NCBI GenBank assembly: GCA_964016885.1
Contig: OZ024743.1
Location: 326,740,001-326,804,000, forward strand
Origin: Eledone cirrhosa
Taxonomy: Eukaryota
Length of the DNA stretch: 64,000 nucleotides
Direction: 5' to 3'
The notes under the pieces were generated by a model. The model made no database searches, was not told where the DNA came from, and saw only the letters and a program-made list of their open reading frames with translations. This document shows, one piece after another, positions 14,052 to 26,776 of the stretch (positions are counted from its first letter, which is position 1; each line of letters begins with the position of its first letter). A program made the translations under genes and the position numbers.

Positions 14052-14734
14052 ATTAGTAAATATAATAGTACATATAGAGCAATGTAAATGCTAAAGGGTT
14101 ATGGCAACAATGTAAAATGATAGCTGATTCCTGCAGAAACTAGTGTAAATCAGCATCATCATTTTTACGTTGACTTTTCCATGCTGGCATGGGTTGGACA
14201 GGACTTTTTGATGCAATGTTTGACACACGGATGCCCTTCCTGACATCAACCTTTTTAGTCCTGCTTATTACGACATACAAGGATACTGTGAAAATGACAG
14301 ATAATGGAGATAAATAGCAGAAATGAATACCAGGCAAGTGTGTAGAATAGATAAATGTCACTGACCTATTACATACCTATCATCTTCCATACCTCACCCA
14401 TCATATCCTTCTACCCTCATAGAGTAGTGAGAAATCTTCAGTTGAGTCACTGACAGCCAACCTCTCGAGTACTGATACCACAATATACTCTGTAAAGTGA
14501 TAGGAAGGGCATCTAGCCACAGTTAACTTGCCAAACAGAGCATAGAGAGGACTCTTCAGTTGTATCCAAGATATGACAACATCCATAGTACTGGTGCTAT
14601 GATAAAACACACAGTGGACTGTGTGGAGTGTGAAATCAGTGTCTCTGAGTACTGACTGGATCTGTGACAACCCATCCAACTCATAGTAGGAGGGAAAACT
14701 GATGATGATGATGATATAATAATAATAATAATAA

Positions 14735-15130
14735 TGATTTCTTTATTGGCCACAAGGGCTGACATCAAGAAAAATATTACAGACAGCACAGGACGGTACG
14801 ATGTGGGTTTTGTTCGTGTAAAGATTTTTATTATTTATATAAGAAAAGAAAAAGAAAAAGACATAGAAACATATATATATATATAAACAATAAAAATGAA
14901 AATTGAAACAATGAAAATTCCCCAATAGGGGGGAAACCTCCGAGGGTTACTCGTGGCGAAAACCACACAAAAGACCACGGCCACCCTGACCACCAGGGCA
15001 AGCGCCCTCTCTCAAACTACAGGCGTATATTCAGAGCGGTCCCGTTCACTCGGACCATTCTCGCTACATTCACCCACCTTTCAACAAACTTGCTAGAAGG
15101 CAGCACTTGCCTCTTCACCCTGATTTTGGT
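14735..15130 (-). mobile_element. L1/Tx1-like LINE 3' end
   Basis: KIRVKRQVLPSSKFVERWVNVARM...stop, T-rich 3'UTR, AATAAA, then (ATT)n. Confidence 0.45.
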
Positions 15131-15259
15131 GAAAATTATTGTGTATAGTGCTCAGGTGCACTACAACTCATCAAAGGTGCATGTATGGTACATAGAATAA
15201 TACTCAAATGTCAGGGAAGTGATGATGATGAATAATGAGATAAACTATATCTCTCCTAC

Positions 15260-15417
15260 CTTAGTTTCCATAAGGACACCATAGTTAGCGTCAGTACTAC
15301 ATCCAAAATGTTGACGAGCTTTCCTCACCACTGATGGCAGTGTTAATTTTTGGCGACCAGGAGCATCAAGACTGCTGTCCACAGATGAGATACAGGGCAA
15401 TTCACTGTCTTCAAAGG
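15260..15417 (-). CDS. CIROP: CIROP-like coding exon 7
   Basis: 158 nt, phase 1->0; AFEDSELPC...LTLPSVVRKARQHFGC...GVLMETK (M8 P.V...AR.HFGC motif). Confidence 0.9.
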
Positions 15418-15563
15418 CTTTAGAAAACATGAAGGGATGAATAAGCAGGGAAAAGCAGACATATATATAATAAAAAAAGAAAGTTGTCTCTGATCGAGAT
15501 GAAGTGAGTGTATTTAAATACATATAAAAATGTGAAAACTCATCGCTAGAACAACCATTAGAC

Positions 15564-15842
15564 CAGGCATGGGCAACCTTTTTTGAAAAGCGGGCCACAT
15601 GAGATATGGTTCATCATCAGGCAGGTCACAAGCACCAATTTACATTCGTGCCCCATTAGAAAAAAGGGCTGTAACTCAGGTTGTTTTGATTTGTTTCTTC
15701 AGAATTTGTACACGTTTTCCTCGATCGTAAAAATGATAAAGATAAATTACGACTGAAAAGTTGGGGTAAAAAAAAGATTTCACTTAGGTGACTTAGGCAA
15801 GCCATTCAGAAAGCTTCGCAGGCCACAGGTTGCCTATGACTG
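15564..15842. mobile_element. hAT (Charlie-like) MITE
   Basis: TIRs CAGGCATGGGCAACCT / AGGTTGCCTATGACTG; 8-bp TSD CATTAGAC at 15556 and 15843. Confidence 0.88.
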
Positions 15843-16069
15843 CATTAGACAGTGATGGGCAAAAATGTCTCAGAGGACAGATACCAGCAGACAGCATTTA
15901 GCTGTTTTAACAGCTGTTCTAGTAATGAGTTTTCACATTTTTATATGTATATATATATACACATATATATATGTTACGTATTTCTGTAGTAAAGGTAAAG
16001 GAAAGAAGAGTGCTCTATGTATAGTAGAGAGCTATTTAATTACATAATAAACAACACAATATAATTAGT

Positions 16070-16136
16070 CCATTACTCAAGGTTTCGCGAAGTTAGACGA
16101 TTCTAACAGAAACGTCTGATATTGCTCATCAGATAG
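16070..16136 (-). ncRNA. Type-I hammerhead ribozyme with long stem II (deleted second copy ~16194-16236 plus)
   Basis: ctat-CTGATGA-gc..agacg-tttct-gtt-agaat-cgtct..gc-GAAA-ccttgag-TA-atgg. Confidence 0.6.
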
Positions 16137-16323
16137 GAATCTTTATTATAAAGAAATAGAAATTTTTATTATAAAGATTTCTATAAAGATTTCTATCTGA
16201 TGAGCGATATCACAATTGTCAAACCTTGGTTAATGGAATAATTATATTGTGTTGTTTATTACATAACATAAATATATATATAAAACTTCTTTCTATTCAA
16301 ACCAATATAATATATAAACACAG

Positions 16324-16503
16324 CAGAGCGAAGGAGGAGAATCTTCTCAAGAAGAGGAAGAAGAAGAAGCTAAACCAGTGCATTTGAAGTTTGCCAGGCA
16401 TGAAACTGTGGAAGCAAAAGCCAGATGTATGGCATCTTATGATTATTACCAGAGGAAGAGAGATGAAGAACAATGGGTAGACGTTCTATACCATTCCTTC
16501 GAT
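16324..16503 (+). pseudogene. POLR3E: Orphan fragment of RNA polymerase III subunit RPC5
   Basis: QSEGGESSQEEEEEEAKPVHLKFARHETVEAKARCMASYDYYQRKRDEEQWVDVLYH aligns by recall to human GDSSQDEAEDDVKQITVRFSRPESEQARQRRVQSYEFLQKKHAEEPWVHLHY; no other POLR3E exons recognised in the window. Confidence 0.75.
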
Positions 16504-17039
16504 GTAACTTTACTAGATTTAACCCTTTTAAACACATTGTCTTTGCCTTGGACAACATTGGTCTCAAGGATCGGAGAGCCTGGTATACATGGGTGACTGC
16601 TGGTCTTCTTTACTAGATTTAACCTTTTAACACCACTGACTGCTTCTATTATGTCTCATTTAATACATGTACATCCAAGAGATGGCGACATGAATGGATG
16701 TTATTTTTCTCTAAAAATATTTTTTTTCTTTCGATTCCACCCTGCCCGTCCGAAACGTTAAGACCCTCTTCCAGCTATTTCAAGCGTTAAACTAATATAT
16801 TCCTTCCATATATTGTACCGATTGTGTTGTTATTTCTGTTTACCTTTTACATACACACACACACACATATGTATATGTGTATGCAAAAGACAAACAGAAA
16901 TAACAAAGCAAATGATACAGTACAATGAAGAAATATATTATTAGTTTTACGCTTATATATATACATAATTATATACATAAATACGTTTGTATATAAATAT
17001 GTATATATATATACATGCTCGTGAATATATTATCGAGCA

Positions 17040-20000
17040 GACAAGGGGTGGATGAAGGCTCCGTAAGCCATAGTGTAAGCAACCTGTCTAGGAGAGCTAC
17101 CACTCCGAATAAATTGGTGCGGGGTAGAGAAGTCCCCTAAGTCCAGTAAGACAACTTCCCTAGTGCTGGTGGCACGAATAAAAACACCCAGTCCATGCTG
17201 TAAAATGGAGGGGTGGATAGGGCCCCTGAGTCCAGTAAGACGACCTCTCTAGTGCTGGTGGCACGAATAAAAGCACCCAGTCCATGCTGTAAAGTGGTGC
17301 TGGTGTTAGGAAGGGCATCCAACCAGTATATATACTACTGCCAAAAACTATGAGCACAACAAATGAAATTTGCAACAACTGCGTAAACAGCAATAACATT
17401 AACAATGTTAGGGCTGCACACGGTAGTGGGGTGGCTAGTGAGGCCATATGTGAGAACCCCACGACTGTCATCAAGCAATCGCACAACAGGAAAAAGAACG
17501 AGACGTTGCATCTCAGAGTTGCCACACTTAATGTTGGCACTCTAATAGGTAGATCTGGTGAGATAGTGGAGATGCTGGAGAGAAGGCATGTGGATGTGTG
17601 CTGTGTGCTGCGAGGTGAGATGGAGAGGTGCCTCTGCAAGACGAATCACAGGCAAACATCGTAGTTATAAGCTTTTCTGGGTGGGTAATGATGATGGGTT
17701 AGGTGGGGTAGGCATATTACTGGGTGAGAGGTGGATCAATAAGACAATAGAGGTAGTTAGAGTTAGTAATAGAATAATTAAGCTTAGATTAGTTGTAGGC
17801 AGGAGACTACTGACAATCATCTCGGCCTATGCTCCCCAGGCAGGCCTAGGTGAAGAAGAGAAAGACTGCTTTTACGCGCAACTTTTACAAACAGCCTTAA
17901 TGACAGAGGACAGAGACATCTTTATGCTAGCAGGGAACTTCAATGGTCATGTTGGACAGCTCCACTGGGGTACATGGAGGGCACGGTTATGGTTCAAAAA
18001 ATGAAGGAGTGAGGCTTCTTGAATTTTGTGATGCACTAACCATTTGCAACACTAACTCCCAGAAGCCTACCAACCACCTAATAACCTACAAATCAGGCGA
18101 GCACATAAGCCCGATTGACTTCCTGCTAGTTAGACAGCGAGACAGACAGATGGTGTCAAATACTAAGGCATACCCCGTGGAAGAATGTACCCCACAGCAT
18201 AGGTTAGTCGTTAGTGTGATCTCAGTAAGCAAGAGAAAGAATGAGACATACAGGAAGGTGTGGAAAAGATAGGTCTGGAAGCTAAAATACCTTTCATTAA
18301 AATATAAATTTAGTAAAGCCCTTCAAGATGTGTATGACGAAAAAGAAGACGATTTAGAGTTGTATGACATAGATGATAACTGGAATTTCTTGCGTGACAA
18401 CTTACTGCAGGCTACTGAAGAAACTTGTGGTTAGAGCAGAACTTCAACCAGACAGAGAGTGACCTGGTGGTGGAACAGCACGGTAGATAGGGCCATTAGA
18501 GACTGGCATGGAAGGCTTGGAAAAATGGTGGTAGTAGAGGATACACAGCCGCTAAGAGAGAAGCTAGATGTCAGGTGTACTTAGCACGCAGGGAGGCGGA
18601 GAGTAGGAGGTTTGCCAATGTTCTGTGATGGGAAGATCAGAAACGTGCGGTGTTCCACATTGCAAGGCAGTGTGTCAGTGCAAATCAGGATGTTGTTGGA
18701 GATAAGTGTGTCCGGAATGATGCCGGTGTACTTAGTGTCATGAATGATCAAAAAAAAGGAGGCCTGGAAATGTCATTATGAGAGACTGATGAATGTGGAG
18801 AACAAATGAGAGAGAGAGAAATTATCTCCAGTAGACCCGACAGAGGGACCAACTATTGAGATTGACGAATATAGGGTACAAGAGGCAATTAAGGAAATGA
18901 AGAATGGTAAGGCTGCTGGACCGTCGGGGATAGTTGCTGAGATACTGAAGGCTTCTGGGGACGAAGGCACTAAACTGGTTGCACGCATCATCAATCAAAC
19001 TATATATGGTGGTGTCATACCCAAAGACTGGTGCAGCAGTATTCTCATAAATTGTTACAAAGGTAAAGGGGATGCTCTGGAGAGGAGCAATTATAGGGGC
19101 ATAAAGCTGATGGATCAGGTTATGAAAGTGGCAGAGAGAATATTAGCATAACTGATTAGAGAAAGGGTCAAATTAGTGAGGCAACTACAAAAGAGGTTCT
19201 TAGAGAAGAATAAGCCACTATACTTAGCTTTTGTTGACCCAGAGAAGGCCTTTGATAGGGTACCCCAGTCTGTCATCTGGTGGTCCCTAAGGAAACTAGG
19301 TGTAGAGGAATGGCTTGTGAGGACAGTGCAATCTATGTACAGGGGTGCTGTCAGTAAAATGAGAGTAGGAATGGAGTTTAGTGAGGAATTCCAGATATAA
19401 GTAAGTGTACATCGGAGTTCGGTCCTCAGCCCGCTCTTGTTCATTATAGTCCTCCAAGCCATAACAGAGGAGTTTAAGACTGGATGCCCATGGGAACTTC
19501 TCTATGCTGATGATCTGGTTCTTATAGTAGAATCAGTAGAGGAGCTAGAGAATAAATTCTGGCTATGGAAACAGCAGTTGGAATCAAGAGGACTGAGAGT
19601 GAACATAGCTAAGACAAAAGTGTTGATAAGTAGAAAAGAGGACAATACTCTGATTCTGTCAGGGAAATGGCCATGTTTGATATGTAGGAAAGGAACTGGC
19701 ATAAATTCCATAAAATGTACGCAGTGCAGATCCTGGGTACACAAGAGATGTAGTGGGATAGCAGGCAAACTAACAGGTAGGGAAAACTACGTATGCAGTA
19801 GACATACAGGGAATGTTGGCAGTAGTAATCTCAGTGATTGACACATTTTTCCAATGCAGGTGGGTTCTATAAAAGTGGTTGATAGCTTCCGGTACCTAGG
19901 TGATCAGATTAGCATGGGGGGGGGGGTTCCGAGGCCATTGTATCTAGAATAAGGACAGGTTAGAAGAAGTTTAGGAAGCTGCTTCCTTTGTTGACAAAGA

Positions 20001-20492
20001 AGGGTTTCTCCCTGCATATGAAAGGACGGTTATATGCCTGTGTGAGATGCGCGATGCTGCATGGTAGTGAGACATGGGTGGCAACTGCAGAGGATATGCG
20101 ACGGCTGGAGAGAAATGAAGCAAGCATGCTCCGTTGGATGTGCAATGTCAATGTGTGTGAACGACCAAGCATAGATGAGTTGAGAAAGAAACTGTGTATA
20201 AGAGGGATAAGTTGTAGTGTGCAGGAGAGAAGACTGAGATGGTATGGACATGTGATGCGCATGGAGGATGACCGCTGGGTAAAGAAGTGCCAAGAAATCC
20301 CAGTAGAAGGAAGACGCAGTAGAGGTAGACTACAAAAAACATGGGCAGAGGTGGTGAGAGCAGACCTCAGATCGCTGAAACTCACAGAGGAGATGACGAA
20401 GGACCATGATAAGTGGAGAGATGCTATGCTGAATAGGACCCATCCAACCCTTGCAAGCAGGGAAAAGCGGACATAAAATGATGATGATGATT
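17040..20492 (+). mobile_element. Near full-length, degenerate RTE LINE (5'UTR, APE endonuclease, RT, PHD-like finger, (ATG)n tail)
   Basis: LRVATLNVGTL, SAYAPQ, AGNFNGHVG (APE); NYRGIKL, FVD.EKAFDRV, LLYADDL (RT); tail ccttgcaagcagggaaaagcggac...(atg)n; many frameshifts. Confidence 0.93.
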
Positions 20493-20582
20493 GAGCTAAT
20501 TCTGAAAAAAAATGCCAATTATATACTATCATATATAATTCTCTACTTTCCTTTGAGCCTTCTATATATAGTTTTACATTTG

Positions 20583-20619
<37 letters not shown>

Positions 20620-20766
20620 TGAAGATGGAACAAAGAACAAACAGATAAAATGTGACAGTTTGAAACAGTAAACAAAAAGTGAAAAACAAAGACATGTGGG
20701 TGTGCATATATACACACACATATATACATTGTGGGTGTGCATATATACACACACATATAATTGTGC

Positions 20767-20813
<47 letters not shown>

Positions 20814-21722
20814 TAATACATTCAGATTTCCATATATTTTATAACATACAATAATAATATCAGAAGTGGAATGGTAAATAAAATTTCTCTAACAAGATTG
20901 CTTGAAACAAGCAAGACTCAACTGCATTGAAAGAGTGTGTGTGTGTGTATCTGCACTTATCTAATGCTAAGGGAACTGAAGTGGAACACCAGGCTACAAA
21001 TTACTGTGATTCATAAATGGATTTACCACCTGAAACTGCCTCAAAACTGTTTATAATTATTTCAAAACCTTCCATCATAATCTTATGTAAAAACCTTTGT
21101 TAAATTACGCTCCAAATAATGAGAAAGTTAGTTATATTACTAAATCCCATCAAAACCCTGATTATTTTCAAAATTATTTAAAACTCATATCATAGGCAGT
21201 ATCTTTCAGTAGAAATATGGTAAAATAAAAGTTAAACAACCAAGTTAAGAGTCAATTTAATAATAGGATAGTGAAAGAGAGCTGAAAGTTAAAGGGATAT
21301 GTAGTATCACACAAAATACACTGGTGACTCTTCTTCGGCTGATATTCTAGTACCTTATATACTCCATTGTGTGTCTCAATGGAGAGAATCGAAGAACTTA
21401 AAGCCTCTATGCAATCACTCAACCTGCTAGAAATAGCAGCCATTTCTTACTCAAATCAAACCCTACCATTTAAAAAGGACGTGTTGAATTTATGTGTGTG
21501 TATGTGTGTGACTGACTGTGTGTGTGTGAGTCTCTATGTATCTGTCTATGTTTATGTCCCATAATTTAGCAATTCAACAAAAAAGATCAATGAAATAACT
21601 ACCAGATATGAAAAATAAAAATAAGTACGGGAGTCAATACCATCACCAAATCAAGGTTGTGCTCCAGCAGGGTCACAGTCTAATGACTGAAAGAATAAAA
21701 GAATAAATTAAATAAAACTTAC

Positions 21723-21798
21723 CAGGTTTACAGGTTTCAAATTTTTTCAGTAAACTTTTAGAAAATCCTACAGCATGGAACAGCTCGTGCATAGCAAC
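21723..21798 (-). CDS. CIROP: CIROP-like coding exon 6, catalytic HEXXH
   Basis: 76 nt, phase 0->1; VAMHELFHAVGFSKSLLKKFETCKP = leishmanolysin-type HEXXHXXGFS. Confidence 0.95.
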
Positions 21799-21837
21799 CT
21801 AAAAAACAAGTGTATAAATGAGACTGGTATTTGTTCA

Positions 21838-22078
21838 AGTTTCACTCAACTGAATAAACAAACTTTAAGTCTCACTCAACAAAAATAACCAAGCTCTAAG
21901 TCTCACTCAACTGAATAATCAAGCTCCAAGTCTCTCTTAACTGAATAATCAAACTCCAAGTCTCACTCAACTGAATACCCAAATGCCCAGTTTCACTCAA
22001 CTGAATAACCAAGCTCCAAGTCTCCGAATAAAGTCTTTACTCAACTCAATAACCAAGCTGTTACATCAAACTCCAAGC
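21838..22078. repeat. 30-bp minisatellite, ~8 units
   Basis: Unit AAGTCTCACTCAACTGAATAA(C/T)CAAGCTCC, just upstream of the HEXXH exon acceptor. Confidence 0.9.
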
Positions 22079-22790
22079 CATGTTGAATACTCCTGCAATG
22101 TTACAATATAACAGTAATATAACTTGCAGTGTACTTTCTAACATTTATCTAGGTATCATCATCATCATCATCATTTATTGCCCATTTTTCCATGCTTGCA
22201 TAGGTCAGATGGGTTATCTGCGTCGAGAGACAAGTCTGGACAGGATTGACCCCACCATACCTTGCTCTGATAAAACTGTAAATTTGGCCGGGTATTTTAC
22301 AGCTGGATGGCACCGTTATGGGGAGGGACAAGTCAGTTGGCCGCGCCGGACCCATCTCACAGCGTAGTCACAGTTTTGGGGCCCGGTACTAGATGGCACT
22401 GCTATGAAGAGGGACAGGCTAGTTGGCCGCGCTGAACCCATCTAACAATGTAACCATAGTTTTGGGGCCCGGTACTGGATATAGATACATATATTTTTAC
22501 TCAGCTATTGGTGTATAAAAATTCTGAAACACTAGCATTTATTGTTCTCACGTGGCTACTGATGAACTGTGACATGATCACAGCTTAAAATACACATAGT
22601 ACAACTTATTTATTATACATAAATATATTGTATATGTTTTTCATCTTCATCACTCCTACCACCACCACCACCATCACTATCACTAGCAGCAGCATCAACA
22701 CCACCACCACCACCACCACTACCATCAGCATCAACACCACCACCACTATCATCACCATGACCACTATCATCATTACCATCATCTACTTAC

Positions 22791-22910
22791 CACATACATG
22801 CTGTCTTCATCTACATCAAGTTGGTTTGGACAGAAGTTGATCATACCAGAAATTGGACGTCCACTCTGATCAGTTTGGCAATAACCAGCAAAAGCTATTA
22901 CATGCTTATC
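22791..22910 (-). CDS. CIROP: CIROP-like coding exon 5
   Basis: 120 nt, phase 0->0; DKHVIAFAGYCQTDQSGRPISGMINFCPNQLDVDEDSMYV (M8 A.A..CQ....RP..G..N.CP). Confidence 0.93.
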
Positions 22911-23510
22911 CTGCAATTAATAAATAATAAAACATCATTATTAAATATCAAGCCAACCAAAGAGTTTCTATGAGGTTAGATGACCTGCTAGAAACAACAG
23001 TCCCTGTCAAATAACTAATTACAAAAACAACACATTTTACTATGTAGTTAATGATACACAATGTCTAGGGAAAAAACCACAGCTTATTTACAGATGGAAT
23101 GTCAAGGGTGATGTGTTCTTTCCTTGAGCAAGACACTTTATTTCCCATTGCTCCAGTTTACTCAACTGTAGAAATGAGATGATAGAACTGAGATCCCTAT
23201 CATTCCACTGCAAAGTGGTCGTGGAGGTGCCACGACAAAAAAGCACCCAGCCCACACTGTAAAGTGGATGAGTAGGTGCCACGGCAAAAAGCACCCAGCA
23301 CTCACTGTAAATGAGGTTGGTGTTAGGAAGGGCATCCAGCTGTAGAAATCAAGCCAGAATCAGTTCCTGTATGAGCAAGATAGGTCAGCCGACCGGACAC
23401 TGCCCACAACAGGACAACCCGTCTAACCCATGCTAGCGTGGAAGAACGGACGTAAAACGGTGATGATGATGATGATGATGAATGTAATTTGATCATGGAT
23501 CTGATCTATC

Positions 23511-23790
23511 GTGAATGCGCATGGCTTTATGGTTAGGGTATTCGGCTCAAGATCATAAGGTCGTGAGTTCGATTCCCAGTGTCCTTGAACAAGACACTTT
23601 ATTTCACGTTGCTCCAGTCCACTCAGCTGGCAAAAATGAGTTGTACCTGTAATTCGAAGGGCCAGCCTTGTCACATTCTGTGTCACACTGAATCTCTCCG
23701 AGAACGGCGTTATAGGTACGCGTGTTTGTGGAATGCTCAGCCACTTCACGTTAATTTCACGAGCAGGCTGTTCCGTAACCGACGGAGTAC
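23511..23790 (+). mobile_element. Second tRNA-derived SINE family (older copies ~490-730, 6275-6610, 12770-13540, 28040-28380, 32410-32720, 56080-56450)
   Basis: A/B boxes (TGGCTTTATGG, GAGTTCGATTC) followed by shared body AAGGGCCAGCCTTGTCACA...GTGGAATGCTCAGCCACTT. Confidence 0.8.
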
Positions 23791-25481
23791 CACTACTATT
23801 CTATCAAGTATTTGTAAACAGAAAAAGAACCTAGAGCAAGTCTAGGGGGGATAACTCTTCTAGATATTCAAATACTAGGACTTGATTGATTATTTCATTT
23901 TCGTGTTGGTAGCCATTGGGACCACCATCCTCGCTCCCCATACTTCTGTTTTACTCTGCAAAATAGGAAGGAGTGTATCTTACCAGAGAAAGGAGACCAG
24001 TGAAGTGAAATAGCTGATACAGGAAGTGACACTGACTGTTCTCTGTGACAATACTTTCATCACCTTGACCACAAGCACAGCTAAGATACATTACCCCATG
24101 CCCCCTTTTTTTATTATATAATTTTCTTCATCCCCTTTTTCCTTATTTTTTCTTTCTTCCTGTCTTCCTGTTTATTATTTTAATCATTTTTCCTATATTT
24201 TCGTCATTGTGTATTTTTGTTCAACAATAAATTCTTTGGTATGCATGTGTGTGTGTGTCTGTGTGTGTGTGTGTGTGTGCGCATCTGTACGTGTGTGTGT
24301 GTGTGTGTGTGTGTGTGAATTTCGGTTTTGTTTTTATGCCATTAAATACCTCACTCTATAAAGAATTGTGATCTCTACACTAAATGCACCAGTACACTGT
24401 GTAGGCACTCAGTCATAGAAACCATGCCAAGCAAAAAGTCAGGAGGACTCTCCACCTGTTAAAGATATGACAACCTTTCATAAATCTTTCACACAATGTA
24501 GTCAGTGGGATTAGTAACCCATGGATCATGGATGGATAACTCCAACCAGAGAAAGTCAAAACAATGAATGGTTTTCCTATATTTTCATCATCACAATTTA
24601 ACGCTTATTTTTCATGCTTGCATGAATTAGATGGGTTGTTATGTACTGAGCCTAGACTGATCAGATGACCATATCTTGCTCATATGCTCTGTTTTTAGCT
24701 TGGTTTCTATGGCTGGATGCCCTCCTAATGCCCACTATTTTACTGCATGTATTGGAAGCATTTTATCATGTCTCTAGCACTACCATCTTACAGGATGGAC
24801 TATGTGCTATTTGTCGTGGCACCAGCACTACTCAGAGCAGGCTAGGAGCATTTTTATTGTGCCACCAGCTCCAGAGAGGTTGTCACATGCTAAGCCAGAC
24901 TGACGATTCCTCTCAAACTTACTATATCTTAAAATTCTATATGACCCTCATGTCTCAATATGACATCATCATCATCATTTCATTTTACGTCCGCTTTTCC
25001 CTGCTTGCAAGGGTGGGATGGGAACTGATTCTGGCTTGATTTCTACAGCTGGATGCCCTTCCTAACACCAACCTCATTTACAGTGAGTGCTGGGTGCTTT
25101 TTTTCCGTGGCACCTATACGTCCACTTTACAGTGTGGGCTGGGTGCTTTTTTTTTCCATGGCACCTCCACATCCACTCTGCAGTGGAATGATAGAGACCC
25201 CAGTCCCTATCATCTCATTTCTACAGCTGAGTAAACTGGAGCTATGTCAAATAAAGTGTCTTGCTCAAGGAAACAACACATCACCAGGTCTGCTGAGAAT
25301 TGAACTCACAACCTTTCGATTGCAAGGCCAATGCTCTAACCACTAAGCCATGTGCCTCCACATGTGTATGAGATCTTATTAAAATAGATTTTTGTGGATC
25401 TTGAGGTTTAGAAGGCATGTGTGATTGTTTGCAGCCTCATGTTGGAGGAGGAGGAGGAGTTCTAAACAATTATTATCCTAC

Positions 25482-25631
25482 CTTTAACCAACAATTGCTG
25501 GATTCTTTAACAGAGACGTACAACAAATAGTCAGTATTGTTGACACCAGAACCAGGAGTGAAGTACGTTTTCACAGGTTCCTTCCCTGTACGATTCCAAA
25601 CTGAAAACCCTTCTAGATGGTCATCAGGAAT
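25482..25631 (-). CDS. CIROP: CIROP-like coding exon 4
   Basis: 150 nt, phase 0->0; IPDDHLEGFSVW...GSGVNNTDYLLYV...C, typical M8 IP..HL and G..N.D..LYV motifs. Confidence 0.92.
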
Positions 25632-26735
25632 CTGAAATAAAGGAGTAAAGAGATCAGATTTTAAACAGAAAATATACCTTTCATTCAAGAAAGAGATGCA
25701 GTTCATGGAATTGACTCCAGTTATAAGGCCTATATATATATAATCACGGAAAATAGATGTTGGTGATGAAGCTGATTATATATATACAAACTACTTTTAG
25801 AACAAATTTTTTCCATTTCCAGGATTTATATATATATATAAATGGAATAGAATAAAACGAAATTTCACTTCTCACTCTTAGTACGGCTCTTACTTAAATG
25901 TAAGTATGTATGTAAACGTACATACATATATGTATACAGACGTACAGTAGTATGTATATATATACATACATGCACACATATATACATGTACATATCGGTT
26001 TACCGAACATTTATTATAATGCTCGGTTTGTTTGTTTGTAAACAAACAAACAGCCCGAATTACGCCGTACAGTGTTTAGGCAACCACGTCACCTTTTTGT
26101 TCAACACTGACACAGGAACGCTGTACTAATTTCAAGCTTATTAGCTATCGTCAGCATCGTATACCTTCCTGCCAGATGGTTAAACGTCTGAAAGTATATA
26201 CTTTCCTTATGCATATTAACGGCTGAGCAGCCTAATTTGCATATCGAGTGAGTTCAGTCGGCCGGGCGCACCGAAAACGATAAATGGAATAGAATGAAAC
26301 GAAATTTCATTTCTCACTCTTAGTATGGCACTTACTTAAATGTAAGTATGTATGTATACGTACATACATATATGTATACAGACGTACAGTAGTATGTATA
26401 TATATATACATAAATGCACACATATATACATGCACGTATCGGTTTACCAAACATTTATTATAATGCTCGGTTTGTTTGTTTGTAAACAAACATATACATA
26501 CATACATTGTAATACATACATACATTGTAAACAATGTATACATACATACTTACATTTAAGTAAGTGCCGTATTAAGAGTGAGAAATGGAATTTCGTTTCA
26601 TTCTATTCCATTTATCGTTTTCGGTGTGCCCGGCCGACTAAACTCACTCGATATGCAAATTAGGCTGCTCAGCCGTTAATATGCATAAGGAAAGTATATA
26701 CTTTCAGACGTTCAACCATCTGGCAGGAAGGTATA

Positions 26736-26776
26736 CGATGCTGACGATAGCTAATAAGCTTGAAACTAGTACATTG
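26736..26776 (+). ncRNA. Minimal type-I hammerhead ribozyme (second copy 26119-26159 minus)
   Basis: cgatg-CTGACGA-t-agct-aata-agct-t-GAAA-ctag-TA-cattg: stem I 5 bp, stem II 4 bp, palindromic stem III. Confidence 0.8.

Noticed and set aside
21838-22078. 30-bp repeats as a CRISPR array
   Set aside because: Contiguous units with no unique spacers, eukaryotic intron, no cas genes.
22640-22785. Thr/His-rich ORF
   Set aside because: (CAC/CAT)n intronic microsatellite.
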